From positions 23,735,551 through 23,799,550 of the forward strand of contig OZ024765.1 of the NCBI GenBank assembly GCA_964016885.1: a stretch of DNA of 64,000 bases, written 5' to 3'. Position numbers and translations under genes: made by a program. Position 1 is the stretch's first letter. The number at the start of each line of letters is the position of its first letter. Source of the stretch: Eledone cirrhosa. Taxonomy: Eukaryota. Below, piece after piece: positions 1 through 15,000 of the stretch. The notes beneath the pieces are model-generated. The model was not told the DNA's origin. It saw nothing but the letters and a program-made list of their open reading frames with translations, and made no database searches.

Positions 1-3000
1 AAAAGCTAAGCTCACACAACTGATGGAAGCTATGAAGTAGGAAGATCTAGGATGAGGTGATAAAAGCTGACCTCAGATATTATTTATATTGAGAATACCT
101 TAATATCAGTAAGAGTGGCTTGAACAGAAAAAGGGGACAGAATTCTGGTCGGTTTAAATGTTAAAGAGTTAATCAACTTTCAGTGGATTACGTTCCAATT
201 TCCTGGAAGCTATACAGTAGGAAGACCTGGGATGAGGTGATAAAAGCTGACCTGACACAATTGATGGAAGCTATGAAGTAGGAAGACCTGGGATGAGGTG
301 ATAAAAGCTGACCTCACACAATTGATGGAAGCTATGAAGTAGGAAGATCTAGGATGTGATAAAAGCTGACCTCAGACAATTGATGGAAGCTATGAAGTAG
401 GAAGACATAGTTTGAGGTGATAAAAGCTGACCTCAGACAATTGATGGAAGCTATGAAGTAGGAAGACCTGGGATGAGGTGATAAAAGCTGACCTTACACA
501 ATTGATGGAAGCTATGAAGTAGGAAGATCTAGGATGTGATAAAAGCTGACCACAGACAATTGATGGAAGCTATGAAGTAGGAAGACCTGGGATGAGGTGA
601 TAAAAGCTGACCTCACACAACTGATGGAAGCTATGAAGTAGGAAGATCTAGGATGTGATAAAAGCTGACCTCAGACAATTGATCGAAGCTATGAAGTAGG
701 AAGACCTGGGATGAGGTGATAAAATCTGGCCTCACACAACTGATGGAAGCTATGAAGTAGGAAGACATAGTTTGAGGTGATAAAAGCTGACCTCAGACAA
801 TTGATGGAAGCTATGAAGTAGGAAGACCTGGGATGAGGTGATAAAAGCTGACCTCACACAACTGATGGAAGCTATGAAGTAGGAAGATCTAGGATGTGAT
901 AAAAGCTGACCTCAGACAATTGATCGAAGCTATGAAGTAGGAAGACCTGGGATGAGGTGATAAAATCTGGCCTCACACAACTGATGGAAGCTATGAAGTA
1001 GGAAGACATAGTTTGAGGTGATAAAAGCTGACCTCAGACAATTGATGGAAGCTATGCCGTAGGAAGACCTGGGATGAGGTAATAAAAGCTGACCTCAGAC
1101 AATTGATCGAAGCTATGAAGTAGGAAGACCTGGCATGAGGTGATAAAAGCTGACCTCAGACAATTGATCGAAGCTATGAAGTAGGAAGACCTGGGATGAG
1201 GTGATAAAAGCTGACCTCAGATAATTGATCGAAGCTATGAAGTAGGAAGACCTGGGATGAGGTGATAAAAGCTGACCTCAGACAATTGATCGAAGCTATG
1301 AAGTAGGAAGACCTGGGATGAGGTGATAAAAGTTGACCTCACACAATTGATGGAAGCTATGAAGTAGGAAGACCTAGTTTGAGGTGATAAAAGCTGACCT
1401 CAGACAATTGATAGAAGCTATGAAGTAGGAAGACCTGGGATGAGGTGATAAAAGCTGACCTCACACAACTGATGGAAGCTATGAAGTAGGAAGACCTGGG
1501 ATGAGGTGATAAAAGCAGAGCTCCCACAACTGATGGAAGCTATGAAGTAGGAAGATCTATCATGAGGTGATAAAAGCTGACCTCACACAATTGATGGAAG
1601 CTATGAAGTAGGAAGACCTGGGATGAGGTTATAAAAGCTGACTTCACACAATTGATGGAAGCTATGAAGTAGGAAGACCTGGGATGAGGTGATAAAAGCT
1701 GACCTGACACAATTGATGGAAGTTATGGAGTAGGAAGACCTAGTTTGAGGTGATAAAAGCTGACCTCACACAATTGATGGAAGCTATGAAGCAGGAAGAC
1801 CTGGGATGAGGTGATAAAAGCTGACCTCACATAATTGATGGAAGCTATGAAGTAGGAAGACCTGGGATGAGGTGATAAAACCTGACCTCACACAACTGAT
1901 GGAAGCTATGAAGTAGGAAGATCTAGTTTGAGGTGATAAAAGCTCACCTCACACAATTGATGGAAGCTATGAAGTAGGAAGATCTAGGATGAGGTGATAA
2001 AAGCTGACCTCAGACAACTGATGGAAGCTATGAAGTAGGAAGACCTGGGATGAGGTGATAAAAGCTGAGCTCACACAACTGATGGAAGCTATGAAGTAGG
2101 AAGATCTAGGATGAGGTGATAAAAGCTGACCTCAGATATTATTTATATTGAGAATACCTTAATATCAGTAAGAGTGGCTTGAACAGAAAAAGGGGACAGA
2201 ATTCTGGTCGGTTTAAATGTTAAAGAGTTAATCAACTTTCAGTGGATTACGTTCCAATTTCCTGGAAGCTATACAGTAGGAAGACCTGGGATGAGGTGAT
2301 AAAAGCTGACCTGACACAATTGATGGAAGCTATGAAGTAGGAAGACCTGGGATGAGGTGATAAAAGCTGACCTCAGACAATTGATGGAAGCTATGAAGTA
2401 GGAAGATCTAGGATGTGATAAAAGCTGACCTCAGACAATTGATGGAAGCTATGAAGTAGGAAGACATAGTTTGAGGTGATAACAGCTGACCTCAGACAAT
2501 TGATGGAAGCTATGAAGTAGGAAGACCTGGGATGAGGTGATAAAAGCTGACCTCCCACAATTGATGGAAGCTATGAAGTAGGAAGATCTAGGATGAGGTG
2601 ATAAAAGCTGACCTCACACAATTGATGGAAGCTATGAAGTAGGAAGATCTATCATAAGGTGATAAAAGATGACCTCACACAACTGATGGAAGCTATGAAG
2701 TAGGAAGATCAAGGATGAGGTGATAAAAGCTGACCTCAGACAATTGATGGAAGCTATGGAGTAGGAAGACCTGGGATGAGGTGATAAAAGCTGACCTCAC
2801 ACAATTGATGGAAGCTATGAAGTAGGAAGACCTGGGATGAGGTGATAAAAGCTGACCTCAGACAATTGATGGAAGCTATGAAGTAGGAAGACCTGGGATG
2901 AGGTGATAAAAGCTGACCTCACACAACTGATGGAAGCTATGGAGTAGGAAGACCTGTGATGAGGTGATAAAAGATGACCTCACACAACTGATGGAAGCTA

Positions 3001-6000
3001 TGAAGTAGGAAGATCAAGGATGAGGTGATAAAAGCTGACCTCAGACAATTGATGGAAGCTATAGAGTAGGAAGACCTGGGATGAGGTGATAAAAGTTGAC
3101 CTCACACAATTGATGGAAGCTATGAAGTAGGAAGACCTAGTTTGAGGTGATAAAAGCTGACCTCAGACAATTGATGGAAGCTATGAAGTAGGAAGACCTG
3201 GGATGAGGTGATAAAAGCTGACCTCACACAACTGATGGAAGCTATGGAGTAGGAAGACCTGTGATGAGGTGATAAAAGATGACCTCACACAACTGATGGA
3301 AGCTATGAAGTAGGAAGATCAAGGATGAGGTGATAAAAGCTGACCTCAGACAATTGATGGAAGCTATAGAGTAGGAAGACCTGGGATGAGGTGATAAAAG
3401 TTGACCTCACACAATTGATGGAAGCTATGAAGTAGGAAGACCTAGTTTGAGGTGATAAAAGCTGACCTCAGACAATTGATAGAAGCTATGAAGTAGGAAG
3501 ACCTGGGATGAGGTGATAAAAGCTGACCTGACACAATTGATGGAAGTTATGGAGTAGGAAGACCTAGTTTGAGGTGATAAAAGCTGACCTCACACAATTG
3601 ATGGAAGCTATGAAGCAGGAAGACCTGGGATGAGGTGATAAAAGCTGACCTCACATAATTGATGGAAGCTATGAAGTAGGAAGACCTGGGATGAGGTGAT
3701 AAAAGCTGACCTCACACAACTGATGGAAGCTATGAAGTAGGAAGATCTAGTTTGAGGTGATAAAAGCTGAGCTCACACAACTGATGGAAGCTATGAAGTA
3801 GGAAGATCTAGGATGAGGTGATAAAAGCTGACCTCAGACAACTGATGGAAGCTATGAAGTAGGAAGACCTGGGATGAGGTGATAAAAGCTAAGCTCACAC
3901 AACTGATGGAAGCTATGAAGTAGGAAGATCTAGGATGAGGTGATAAAAGCTGACCTCAGATATTATTTATATTGAGAATACCTTAATATCAGTAAGAGTG
4001 GCTTGAACAGAAAAAGGGGACAGAATTCTGGTCGGTTTAAATGTTAAAGAGTTAATCAACTTTCAGTGGATTACGTTCCAATTTCCTGGAAGCTATACAG
4101 TAGGAAGACCTGGGATGAGGTGATAAAAGCTGACCTGACACAATTGATGGAAGCTATGAAGTAGGAAGACCTGGGATGAGGTGATAAAAGCTGACCTCAC
4201 ACAATTGATGGAAGCTATGAAGTAGGAAGATCTAGGATGTGATAAAAGCTGACCTCAGACAATTGATGGAAGCTATGAAGTAGGAAGACATAGTTTGAGG
4301 TGATAAAAGCTGACCTCAGACAATTGATGGAAGCTATGAAGTAGGAAGACCTGGGATGAGGTGATAAAAGCTGACCTTACACAATTGATGGAAGCTATGA
4401 AGTAGGAAGATCTAGGATGTGATAAAAGCTGACCACAGACAATTGATGGAAGCTATGAAGTAGGAAGACCTGGGATGAGGTGATAAAAGCTGACCTCACA
4501 CAACTGATGGAAGCTATGAAGTAGGAAGATCTAGGATGTGATAAAAGCTGACCTCAGACAATTGATCGAAGCTATGAAGTAGGAAGACCTGGGATGAGGT
4601 GATAAAATCTGGCCTCACACAACTGATGGAAGCTATGAAGTAGGAAGACATAGTTTGAGGTGATAAAAGCTGACCTCAGACAATTGATGGAAGCTATGAA
4701 GTAGGAAGACCTGGGATGAGGTGATAAAAGCTGACCTCACACAACTGATGGAAGCTATGAAGTAGGAAGATCTAGGATGTGATAAAAGCTGACCTCAGAC
4801 AATTGATCGAAGCTATGAAGTAGGAAGACCTGGGATGAGGTGATAAAATCTGGCCTCACACAACTGATGGAAGCTATGAAGTAGGAAGACATAGTTTGAG
4901 GTGATAAAAGCTGACCTCAGACAATTGATGGAAGCTATGCCGTAGGAAGACCTGGGATGAGGTAATAAAAGCTGACCTCAGACAATTGATCGAAGCTATG
5001 AAGTAGGAAGACCTGGCATGAGGTGATAAAAGCTGACCTCAGACAATTGATCGAAGCTATGAAGTAGGAAGACCTGGGATGAGGTGATAAAAGCTGACCT
5101 CAGATAATTGATCGAAGCTATGAAGTAGGAAGACCTGGGATGAGGTGATAAAAGCTGACCTCAGACAATTGATCGAAGCTATGAAGTAGGAAGACCTGGG
5201 ATGAGGTGATAAAAGTTGACCTCACACAATTGATGGAAGCTATGAAGTAGGAAGACCTAGTTTGAGGTGATAAAAGCTGACCTCAGACAATTGATAGAAG
5301 CTATGAAGTAGGAAGACCTGGGATGAGGTGATAAAAGCTGACCTCACACAACTGATGGAAGCTATGAAGTAGGAAGACCTGGGATGAGGTGATAAAAGCA
5401 GAGCTCCCACAACTGATGGAAGCTATGAAGTAGGAAGATCTATCATGAGGTGATAAAAGCTGACCTCACACAATTGATGGAAGCTATGAAGTAGGAAGAC
5501 CTGGGATGAGGTTATAAAAGCTGACTTCACACAATTGATGGAAGCTATGAAGTAGGAAGACCTGGGATGAGGTGATAAAAGCTGACCTGACACAATTGAT
5601 GGAAGTTATGGAGTAGGAAGACCTAGTTTGAGGTGATAAAAGCTGACCTCACACAATTGATGGAAGCTATGAAGCAGGAAGACCTGGGATGAGGTGATAA
5701 AAGCTGACCTCACATAATTGATGGAAGCTATGAAGTAGGAAGACCTGGGATGAGGTGATAAAACCTGACCTCACACAACTGATGGAAGCTATGAAGTAGG
5801 AAGATCTAGTTTGAGGTGATAAAAGCTCACCTCACACAATTGATGGAAGCTATGAAGTAGGAAGATCTAGGATGAGGTGATAAAAGCTGACCTCAGACAA
5901 CTGATGGAAGCTATGAAGTAGGAAGACCTGGGATGAGGTGATAAAAGCTGAGCTCACACAACTGATGGAAGCTATGAAGTAGGAAGATCTAGGATGAGGT

Positions 6001-9000
6001 GATAAAAGCTGACCTCAGATATTATTTATATTGAGAATACCTTAATATCAGTAAGAGTGGCTTGAACAGAAAAAGGGGACAGAATTCTGGTCGGTTTAAA
6101 TGTTAAAGAGTTAATCAACTTTCAGTGGATTACGTTCCAATTTCCTGGAAGCTATACAGTAGGAAGACCTGGGATGAGGTGATAAAAGCTGACCTGACAC
6201 AATTGATGGAAGCTATGAAGTAGGAAGACCTGGGATGAGGTGATAAAAGCTGACCTCAGACAATTGATGGAAGCTATGAAGTAGGAAGATCTAGGATGTG
6301 ATAAAAGCTGACCTCAGACAATTGATGGAAGCTATGAAGTAGGAAGACATAGTTTGAGGTGATAACAGCTGACCTCAGACAATTGATGGAAGCTATGAAG
6401 TAGGAAGACCTGGGATGAGGTGATAAAAGCTGACCTCCCACAATTGATGGAAGCTATGAAGTAGGAAGATCTAGGATGAGGTGATAAAAGCTGACCTCAC
6501 ACAATTGATGGAAGCTATGAAGTAGGAAGATCTATCATAAGGTGATAAAAGCTGACCTCAGACAATTGATTTGAAGCTATGAAGTAGGAAGACCTGGGAT
6601 GAGGTGATAAAAGCTGACCTCACACAATTGATGGAAGCTATGAAGTAGGAAGACCTGGGATGAGGTGATAAAAGCAGAGCTCCCACAATTGATGGAAGCT
6701 ATGAAGTAGGAAGACCTGGGATGAGGTGATAAAAGCTGACCTGACACAATTGATGGAAGCTATGGAGCAGAAAGACCTAGGATGAGGTGATAAAAGCTGA
6801 CCTCACGATTGATGGAAGTTATGAAGTAGGAAGATCTAGGATGAGGTGATAAAAACTGACCTCAGACAATTGATAGAAGCTATGAAGTAGGAAGACCTGG
6901 GATGAGGTGATAAAAGCTGACCTCAGACAATTGATGGAAGCTATGAAGTAGGAAGACCTGGGATGAGGTGATAAAAGCTGACCTCACACAATTGATGGAA
7001 GCTATGGAGTAGGAAGACCTGGGATGAGGTGATAAAAGCTGACCTCACACAATTGATGGAAGCTATGGAGTAGGAAGACCTGGGATGAGGTGATAAAAGA
7101 TGACCTCACACAACTGATGGAAGCTATGAAGTAGGAAGATCAAGGATGAGGTGATAAAAGCTGACCTCAGACAATTGATGGAAGCTATGGAGTAGGAAGA
7201 CATAGTTTGAGGTGATAAAAGCTGACCTCAGACAATTGATGGAAGCTATGAAGTAGGAAGACCTGGGATGAGGTGATAAAAGATGACCTCACACAACTGA
7301 TGGAAGCTATGAAGTAGGAAGATCTAGGATGTGATAATAGCTGACCTCAGACAATTGATCGAAGCTATGAAGTAGGAAGACCTGGGATGAGGTGATAAAA
7401 TCTGGCCTCACACAACTGATGGAAGCTATGAAGTAGGAAGACATAGTTTGAGGTGATAAAAGCTGACCTCAGACAATTGATGGAAGCTATGAAGTAGGAA
7501 GACCTGGGATGAGGTGATAAAAGCTGACCTCAGACAATTGATGGAAGCTATGCCGTAGGAAGACCTGGGATGAGGTGATAAAAGCTGACCTCACACAATT
7601 GATGGAAGCTATGAAGTAGGAAGACATAGTTTGAGGTGATAAAAGCTGACCTCAGACAATTGATGGAAGCTATGAAGTAGGAAGACCTGGGATGAGGTGA
7701 TAAAAGCTGACCTCCCACAATTGATGGAAGCTATGAAGTAGGAAGATCTATCATGAGGTGATAAAAGCTGACCTCAGACAATTGATTTGAAGCTATGAAG
7801 TAGGAAGACCTGGGATGAGGTGATAAAAGCTGACCTCACACAATTGATGGAAGCTATGAAGTAGGAAGACCTGGGATGAGGTGATAAAAGCAGAGCTCCC
7901 ACAATTGATGGAAGCTATGAAGTAGGAAGACCTGGGATGAGGTGATAAAAGCTGACCTGACACAATTGATGGAAGCTATGGAGCAGAAAGACCTAGGATG
8001 AGGTGATAAAAGCTGACCTCACGATTGATGGAAGTTATGAAGTAGGAAGATCTAGGATGAGGTGATAAAAACTGACCTCAGACAATTGATAGAAGCTATG
8101 AAGTAGGAAGACCTGGGATGAGGTGATAAAAGCTGACCTCAGACAATTGATGGAAGCTATGAAGTAGGAAGACCTGGGATGAGGTGATAAAAGCTGACCT
8201 CACACAATTGATGGAAGCTATGGAGTAGGAAGACCTGGGATGAGGTGATAAAAGCTGACCTCACACAATTGATGGAAGCTATGGAGTAGGAAGACCTGGG
8301 ATGAGGTGATAAAAGCTGACCTCAGACAATTGATGGAAGCTATGAAGTAGGAAGACCTGGGATGAGGTGATAAAAGCTGACCTCACACAACTGATGGAAG
8401 CTATGGAGTAGGAAGACCTGTGATGAGGTGATAAAAGCTGACCTCACACAACTGATGGAAGCTATGAAGTAAGAAGATCAAGGATGAGGTGATAAAAGCT
8501 GACCTCAGACAATTGATCGAAGCTATGAATTAGGAAGACCTGGGATGAGGTAATAAAAGCTGACCTCACACAATTGATGGAAGCTATAGAGTAGGAAGAC
8601 CTGGGATAAGGTGATAAAAGTTGACCTCACACAATTGATGGAAGCTATGAAGTAGGAAGACCTAGTTTGAGGTGATAAAAGCTGACCTCAGACAATTGAT
8701 AGAAGCTATGAAGTAGGAAGACCTGGGATGAGGTGATAAAAGCTGACCTCACACAACTGATGAAAGCTATGAAGTAGGAAGATCTATCATGAGGTGATAA
8801 AAGCTGACCTTACACAATTGATGGAAGCTATGAAGTAGGAAGACCTGGGATGAGGTTATAAAAGCTGACTTCACACAATTGATGGAAGCTATGAAGTAGG
8901 AAGACCTGGGATGACGTGATAAAAGCTGACCTGACACAATTGATGGAAGTTATGTAGTAGGAAGACCTAGTTTGAGGTGATAAAAGCTGACCTCACACAA

Positions 9001-12000
9001 TTGATGGAAGCTATGAAGCAGGAAGACCTGGGATGAGGTGATAAAAGCTGACCTCACATAATTGATGGAAGCTATGAAGTAGGAAGACCTGGGATGAGGT
9101 GATAAAAGCTGACCTCACACAACTGATGGAAGCTATGAAGTAGGAAGATCTAGTTTGAGGTGATAAAAGCTCACCTCACACAATTGATGGAAGCTATGAA
9201 GTAGGAAGATCTAGGATGAGGTGATAAAAGCTGACCTCAGACAACTGATGGAAGCTATGAAGTAGGAAGACCTGGGATGAGGTGATAAAAGCTAAGCTCA
9301 CACAACTGATGGAAGCTATGAAGTAGGAAGATCTAGGATGAGGTGATAAAAGCTGACCTCAGATATTATTTATATTGAGAATACCTTAATATCAGTAAGA
9401 GTGGCTTGAACAGAAAAAGGGGACAGAATTCTGGTCGGTTTAAATGTTAAAGAGTTAATCAACTTTCAGTGGATTACGTTCCAATTTCCTGGAAGCTATA
9501 CAGTAGGAAGACCTGGGATGAGGTGATAAAAGCTGACCTGACACAATTGATGGAAGCTATGAAGTAGGAAGACCTGGGATGAGGTGATAAAAGCTGACCT
9601 CAGACAATTGATGGAAGCTATGAAGTAGGAAGATCTAGGATGTGATAAAAGCTGACCTCAGACAATTGATGGAAGCTATGAAGTAGGAAGACATAGTTTG
9701 AGGTGATAACAGCTGACCTCAGACAATTGATGGAAGCTATGAAGTAGGAAGACCTGGGATGAGGTGATAAAAGCTGACCTCCCACAATTGATGGAAGCTA
9801 TGAAGTAGGAAGATCTAGGATGAGGTGATAAAAGCTGACCTCACACAATTGATGGAAGCTATGAAGTAGGAAGATCTATCATAAGGTGATAAAAGCTGAC
9901 CTCAGACAATTGATTTGAAGCTATGAAGTAGGAAGACCTGGGATGAGGTGATAAAAGCTGACCTCACACAATTGATGGAAGCTATGAAGTAGGAAGACCT
10001 GGGATGAGGTGATAAAAGCAGAGCTCCCACAATTGATGGAAGCTATGAAGTAGGAAGACCTGGGATGAGGTGATAAAAGCTGACCTGACACAATTGATGG
10101 AAGCTATGGAGCAGAAAGACCTAGGATGAGGTGATAAAAGCTGACCTCACGATTGATGGAAGTTATGAAGTAGGAAGATCTAGGATGAGGTGATAAAAAC
10201 TGACCTCAGACAATTGATAGAAGCTATGAAGTAGGAAGACCTGGGATGAGGTGATAAAAGCTGACCTCAGACAATTGATGGAAGCTATGAAGTAGGAAGA
10301 CCTGGGATGAGGTGATAAAAGCTGACCTCACACAATTGATGGAAGCTATGGAGTAGGAAGACCTGGGATGAGGTGATAAAAGCTGACCTCACACAATTGA
10401 TGGAAGCTATGGAGTAGGAAGACCTGGGATGAGGTGATAAAAGATGACCTCACACAACTGATGGAAGCTATGAAGTAGGAAGATCAAGGATGAGGTGATA
10501 AAAGCTGACCTCAGACAATTGATGGAAGCTATGGAGTAGGAAGACCTGGGATGAGGTGATAAAAGCTGACCTCACACAATTGATGGAAGCTATGAAGTAG
10601 GAAGACCTGGGATGAGGTGATAAAAGCTGACCTCAGACAATTGATGGAAGCTATGAAGTAGGAAGACCTGGGATGAGGTGATAAAAGCTGACCTCACACA
10701 ACTGATGGAAGCTATGGAGTAGGAAGACCTGTGATGAGGTGATAAAAGATGACCTCACACAACTGATGGAAGCTATGAAGTAGGAAGATCAAGGATGAGG
10801 TGATAAAAGCTGACCTCAGACAATTGATGGAAGCTATAGAGTAGGAAGACCTGGGATGAGGTGATAAAAGTTGACCTCACACAATTGATGGAAGCTATGA
10901 AGTAGGAAGACCTAGTTTGAGGTGATAAAAGCTGACCTCAGACAATTGATAGAAGCTATGAAGTAGGAAGACCTGGGATGAGGTGATAAAAGCTGACCTG
11001 ACACAATTGATGGAAGTTATGGAGTAGGAAGACCTAGTTTGAGGTGATAAAAGCTGACCTCACACAATTGATGGAAGCTATGAAGCAGGAAGACCTGGGA
11101 TGAGGTGATAAAAGCTGACCTCACATAATTGATGGAAGCTATGAAGTAGGAAGACCTGGGATGAGGTGATAAAAGCTGACCTCACACAACTGATGGAAGC
11201 TATGAAGTAGGAAGATCTAGTTTGAGGTGATAAAAGCTGAGCTCACACAACTGATGGAAGCTATGAAGTAGGAAGATCTAGGATGAGGTGATAAAAGCTG
11301 ACCTCAGACAACTGATGGAAGCTATGAAGTAGGAAGACCTGGGATGAGGTGATAAAAGCTAAGCTCACACAACTGATGGAAGCTATGAAGTAGGAAGATC
11401 TAGGATGAGGTGATAAAAGCTGACCTCAGATATTATTTATATTGAGAATACCTTAATATCAGTAAGAGTGGCTTGAACAGAAAAAGGGGACAGAATTCTG
11501 GTCGGTTTAAATGTTAAAGAGTTAATCAACTTTCAGTGGATTACGTTCCAATTTCCTGGAAGCTATACAGTAGGAAGACCTGGGATGAGGTGATAAAAGC
11601 TGACCTGACACAATTGATGGAAGCTATGAAGTAGGAAGACCTGGGATGAGGTGATAAAAGCTGACCTCACACAATTGATGGAAGCTATGAAGTAGGAAGA
11701 TCTAGGATGTGATAAAAGCTGACCTCAGACAATTGATGGAAGCTATGAAGTAGGAAGACATAGTTTGAGGTGATAAAAGCTGACCTCAGACAATTGATGG
11801 AAGCTATGAAGTAGGAAGACCTGGGATGAGGTGATAAAAGCTGACCTTACACAATTGATGGAAGCTATGAAGTAGGAAGATCTAGGATGTGATAAAAGCT
11901 GACCACAGACAATTGATGGAAGCTATGAAGTAGGAAGACCTGGGATGAGGTGATAAAAGCTGACCTCACACAACTGATGGAAGCTATGAAGTAGGAAGAT

Positions 12001-15000
12001 CTAGGATGTGATAAAAGCTGACCTCAGACAATTGATCGAAGCTATGAAGTAGGAAGACCTGGGATGAGGTGATAAAATCTGGCCTCACACAACTGATGGA
12101 AGCTATGAAGTAGGAAGACATAGTTTGAGGTGATAAAAGCTGACCTCAGACAATTGATGGAAGCTATGAAGTAGGAAGACCTGGGATGAGGTGATAAAAG
12201 CTGACCTCACACAACTGATGGAAGCTATGAAGTAGGAAGATCTAGGATGTGATAAAAGCTGACCTCAGACAATTGATCGAAGCTATGAAGTAGGAAGACC
12301 TGGGATGAGGTGATAAAATCTGGCCTCACACAACTGATGGAAGCTATGAAGTAGGAAGACATAGTTTGAGGTGATAAAAGCTGACCTCAGACAATTGATG
12401 GAAGCTATGCCGTAGGAAGACCTGGGATGAGGTAATAAAAGCTGACCTCAGACAATTGATCGAAGCTATGAAGTAGGAAGACCTGGCATGAGGTGATAAA
12501 AGCTGACCTCAGACAATTGATCGAAGCTATGAAGTAGGAAGACCTGGGATGAGGTGATAAAAGCTGACCTCAGATAATTGATCGAAGCTATGAAGTAGGA
12601 AGACCTGGGATGAGGTGATAAAAGCTGACCTCAGACAATTGATCGAAGCTATGAAGTAGGAAGACCTGGGATGAGGTGATAAAAGTTGACCTCACACAAT
12701 TGATGGAAGCTATGAAGTAGGAAGACCTAGTTTGAGGTGATAAAAGCTGACCTCAGACAATTGATAGAAGCTATGAAGTAGGAAGACCTGGGATGAGGTG
12801 ATAAAAGCTGACCTCACACAACTGATGGAAGCTATGAAGTAGGAAGACCTGGGATGAGGTGATAAAAGCAGAGCTCCCACAACTGATGGAAGCTATGAAG
12901 TAGGAAGATCTATCATGAGGTGATAAAAGCTGACCTCACACAATTGATGGAAGCTATGAAGTAGGAAGACCTGGGATGAGGTTATAAAAGCTGACTTCAC
13001 ACAATTGATGGAAGCTATGAAGTAGGAAGACCTGGGATGAGGTGATAAAAGCTGACCTGACACAATTGATGGAAGTTATGGAGTAGGAAGACCTAGTTTG
13101 AGGTGATAAAAGCTGACCTCACACAATTGATGGAAGCTATGAAGCAGGAAGACCTGGGATGAGGTGATAAAAGCTGACCTCACATAATTGATGGAAGCTA
13201 TGAAGTAGGAAGACCTGGGATGAGGTGATAAAACCTGACCTCACACAACTGATGGAAGCTATGAAGTAGGAAGATCTAGTTTGAGGTGATAAAAGCTCAC
13301 CTCACACAATTGATGGAAGCTATGAAGTAGGAAGATCTAGGATGAGGTGATAAAAGCTGACCTCAGACAACTGATGGAAGCTATGAAGTAGGAAGACCTG
13401 GGATGAGGTGATAAAAGCTGAGCTCACACAACTGATGGAAGCTATGAAGTAGGAAGATCTAGGATGAGGTGATAAAAGCTGACCTCAGATATTATTTATA
13501 TTGAGAATACCTTAATATCAGTAAGAGTGGCTTGAACAGAAAAAGGGTACAGAATTCTGGTCGGTTTAAATGTTAAAGAGTTAATCAACTTTCAGTGGAT
13601 TACGTTCCAATTTCCTGGAAGCTATACAGTAGGAAGACCTGGGATGAGGTGATAAAAGCTGACCTGACACAATTGATGGAAGCTATGAAGTAGGAAGACC
13701 TGGGATGAGGTGATAAAAGCTGACCTCACACAATTGATGGAAGCTATGAAGTAGGAAGATCTAGGATGTGATAAAAGCTGACCTCAGACAATTGATGGAA
13801 GCTATGAAGTAGGAAGACATAGTTTGAGGTGATAAAAGCTGACCTCAGACAATTGATGGAAGCTATGGGATGAGGTGATAAAAGCTGACCTCACACAACT
13901 GATGGAAGCTATGAAGTAGGAAGATCTAGGATGTGATAAAAGCTGACCTCAGACAATTGATCGAAGCTATGAAGTAGGAAGACCTGGGATGAGGTGATAA
14001 AAGCTGACCTCAGACAATTGATGGAAGCTATGAAGTAGGAAGACCTGGGATGAGGTGATAAAAGCTGACCTCACACAATTGATGGAAGCTATGGAGTAGG
14101 AAGACCTGGGATGAGGTGATAAAAGCTGACCTCAGACAATTGATGGAAGCTATGCCGTAGGAAGACCTGGGATGAGGTGATAAAAGCTGACCTCACACAA
14201 TTGATGGAAGCTATGAAGTAGGAAGACATAGTTTGAGGTGATAAAAGCTGACCTCAGACAATTGATGGAAGCTATGAAGTAGGAAGACCTGGGATGAGGT
14301 GATAAAAGCTGACCTCACACAACTGATGGAAGCTATGAAGTAGGAAGACCTGGGATGAGGTGATAAAAGCAGAGCTCCCACAACTGATGGAAGCTATGAA
14401 GTAGGAAGATCTATCATGAGGTGATAAAAGCTGACCTCAAACAATTGATGGAAGCTATGAAGTAGGAAGACCTGGGATGAGGTTATAAAAGCTGACTTCA
14501 CACAATTGATGGAAGCTATGAAGTAGGAAGACCTGGGATGAGGTGATAAAAGCTGACCTGACACAATTGATGGAAGTTATGGAGTAGGAAGACTTAGTTT
14601 GAGGTGATAAAAGCTGACCTCACACAATTGATGGAAGCTATGAAGCAGGAAGACCTGGGATGAGGTGATAAAAGCTGACCTCACATAATTGATGGAAGCT
14701 ATGAAGTAGGAAGACCTGGGATGAGGTGATAAAACCTGACCTCACACAACTGATGGAAGCTATGAAGTAGGAAGATCTAGTTTGAGGTGATAAAAGCTCA
14801 CCTCACACAATTGATGGAAGCTATGAAGTAGGAAGATCTAGGATGAGGTGATAAAAGCTGACCTCAGACAACTGATGGAAGCTATGGAGTAGGAAGACCT
14901 GGGATGAGGTGATAAAAGCTGAGCTCACACAACTGATGGAAGCTATGAAGTAGGAAGATCTAGGATGAGGTGATAAAAGCTGACCTCAGATATTATTTAT

